Shown one piece after another: positions 25,897 to 26,796 of a stretch of 26,796 nucleotides of DNA. Under the pieces are notes generated by a model. That model did not search any database. It was not told the origin of the DNA and worked only from the letters and a program-made list of their open reading frames with translations. Each line of letters starts with the position of its first letter. The stretch's first letter is position 1. The stretch comes from Fimbriimonadaceae bacterium (GTDB lineage: Bacteria; Armatimonadota; Fimbriimonadia; Fimbriimonadales; Fimbriimonadaceae). The translations under genes were made by a program, and so were the position numbers. The DNA is taken from NCBI GenBank assembly GCA_034667265.1, contig JAXDKF010000173.1, positions 1 through 26,796 on the forward strand, given 5' to 3'.

Positions 25897-26496
25897 ATGG
25901 AGCCCTTTCGCACACACACCGGCAAGATTGCCGTGGTGGACGCCGACAACGTCGATACCGACCGCATCATACCGGCCCGATTTCTCTCTCGCGTGAACCG
26001 CTCCGGCTACGGCGAGCTCCTGTTCCATGACGTGCGTGGAGGAACCTTCGCGCTGGATCAGCCGGACGCGCAAGGCGCAACAATCTTGGTGGTCGGCACG
26101 AACTTTGGGTGCGGCTCCTCGAGGGAGCACGCGGTTTGGGCTATCCAGCAGGCGGGGTTCCGCGCGGTGGTCAGCCGCACGACTGCGGAGTCGCCCGGGT
26201 ACAGCGACATCTTCCGGCAGAACGCGGCGAACTGCGGACTGCTGCTCGTCGAACTCCCCCAGGACACACACGATATCTTGGCGGGTGCAGGAACGGGAGC
26301 CGAGGCTACGATCGATCTCCCAAACCAGACGGTCAATGTGAATGGGCAGACCTTGGCGTTCGAGATAAACGGCGTGACCAAGCAGGCGCTCGTAGAGGGC
26401 CTGGATCTCATCGGCACGACCCTCGTGTACGGAGACAAGATCTCGGAATACGAAAGCAAAGCCGACCTCTTCGTGCCGGCTGCGGAGGCGAAATGA
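25897..26496 (+). CDS. leuD: 3-isopropylmalate dehydratase small subunit
   Basis: NVDTDRIIPARFL, NFGCGSSREHA, DIFRQNAANCGLL, IDLPNQTV and GLDLIG. Confidence 0.93.
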   Translation: MEPFRTHTGKIAVVDADNVDTDRIIPARFLSRVNRSGYGELLFHDVRGGTFALDQPDAQGATILVVGTNFGCGSSREHAVWAIQQAGFRAVVSRTTAESPGYSDIFRQNAANCGLLLVELPQDTHDILAGAGTGAEATIDLPNQTVNVNGQTLAFEINGVTKQALVEGLDLIGTTLVYGDKISEYESKADLFVPAAEAK

Positions 26497-26796
26497 AATC
26501 AGTCCTGCTTGCAATTCTGACGGCCTTCGCGCTGGGCTGCGATACCTTGCCGACTGCGCCTGCCGCGCCGACTAAGGTAGCAACTACTACCGCTCCTCCT
26601 CCTGCCGTGGAATCGCCGGCGGACATTCCGGCTGCAGAGCCTTCGGCGCCGATCCAATCGAACGATCTGAAGGATCGCAGGATCTACAAGCTGAGCGAGC
26701 TGGAGCGTGCAACCGTCACCGCCCGAGGCAGAAAGATCGACGTCTGGCTCATGGACGACGATAGCAAGGCCCAGGAAGGCATGATGTGGCTGAGCG
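26493..26796 (+). CDS. Lipoprotein, probable DUF192 family, 3'-truncated
   Basis: Not in the ORF track. ATG overlaps the leuD stop (ATGA). Translation MKSVLLAILTAFALGC (lipobox), a Pro/Ala linker, then KIDVWLMDDDSKAQEGMMWL, resembling the DUF192 start; open to the window edge. Confidence 0.72.
   Translation, partial: MKSVLLAILTAFALGCDTLPTAPAAPTKVATTTAPPPAVESPADIPAAEPSAPIQSNDLKDRRIYKLSELERATVTARGRKIDVWLMDDDSKAQEGMMWLS

Overview
This GC-rich bacterial window is mostly housekeeping and metabolic genes. Gene style suggests Armatimonadota (Fimbriimonas-like), which is an inference not checked by search. In order it carries: a truncated hypothetical ORF; tagA/wecG-pduO-DUF2092/LolA-like; feoAB; a small membrane ORF; ubiX; a TIGR01777 epimerase-fold protein; tig-clpP-clpX with a terminator; a twin-DTG aspartic protease, BON lipoprotein and DUF1579 gene (minus strand); tRNA-Gln(CTG) with a terminator; two orphan ORFs; a TPR/S41-like protein; divergent fucI and araB; an M28 peptidase; a large secreted protein, TPR protein and small membrane protein; trpE; leuD; and a truncated DUF192 lipoprotein. 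No transposase, integrase, CRISPR array or recognisable defence operon was found. The most unusual signals are non-coding. (i) Several 7-8-nt tandem repeat arrays sit at gene boundaries, including a heptamer-built inverted-repeat element between two outward-facing -10 boxes. (ii) A TAnnnT hexamer recurs 6-10 nt before many start codons, suggesting widespread leaderless mRNAs. (iii) Two strongly structured intergenic regions (about 13950-14110 and 25780-25867) are candidate ncRNA or regulatory RNAs. The stand-alone fucI/araB pair may be a compact D-arabinose route.
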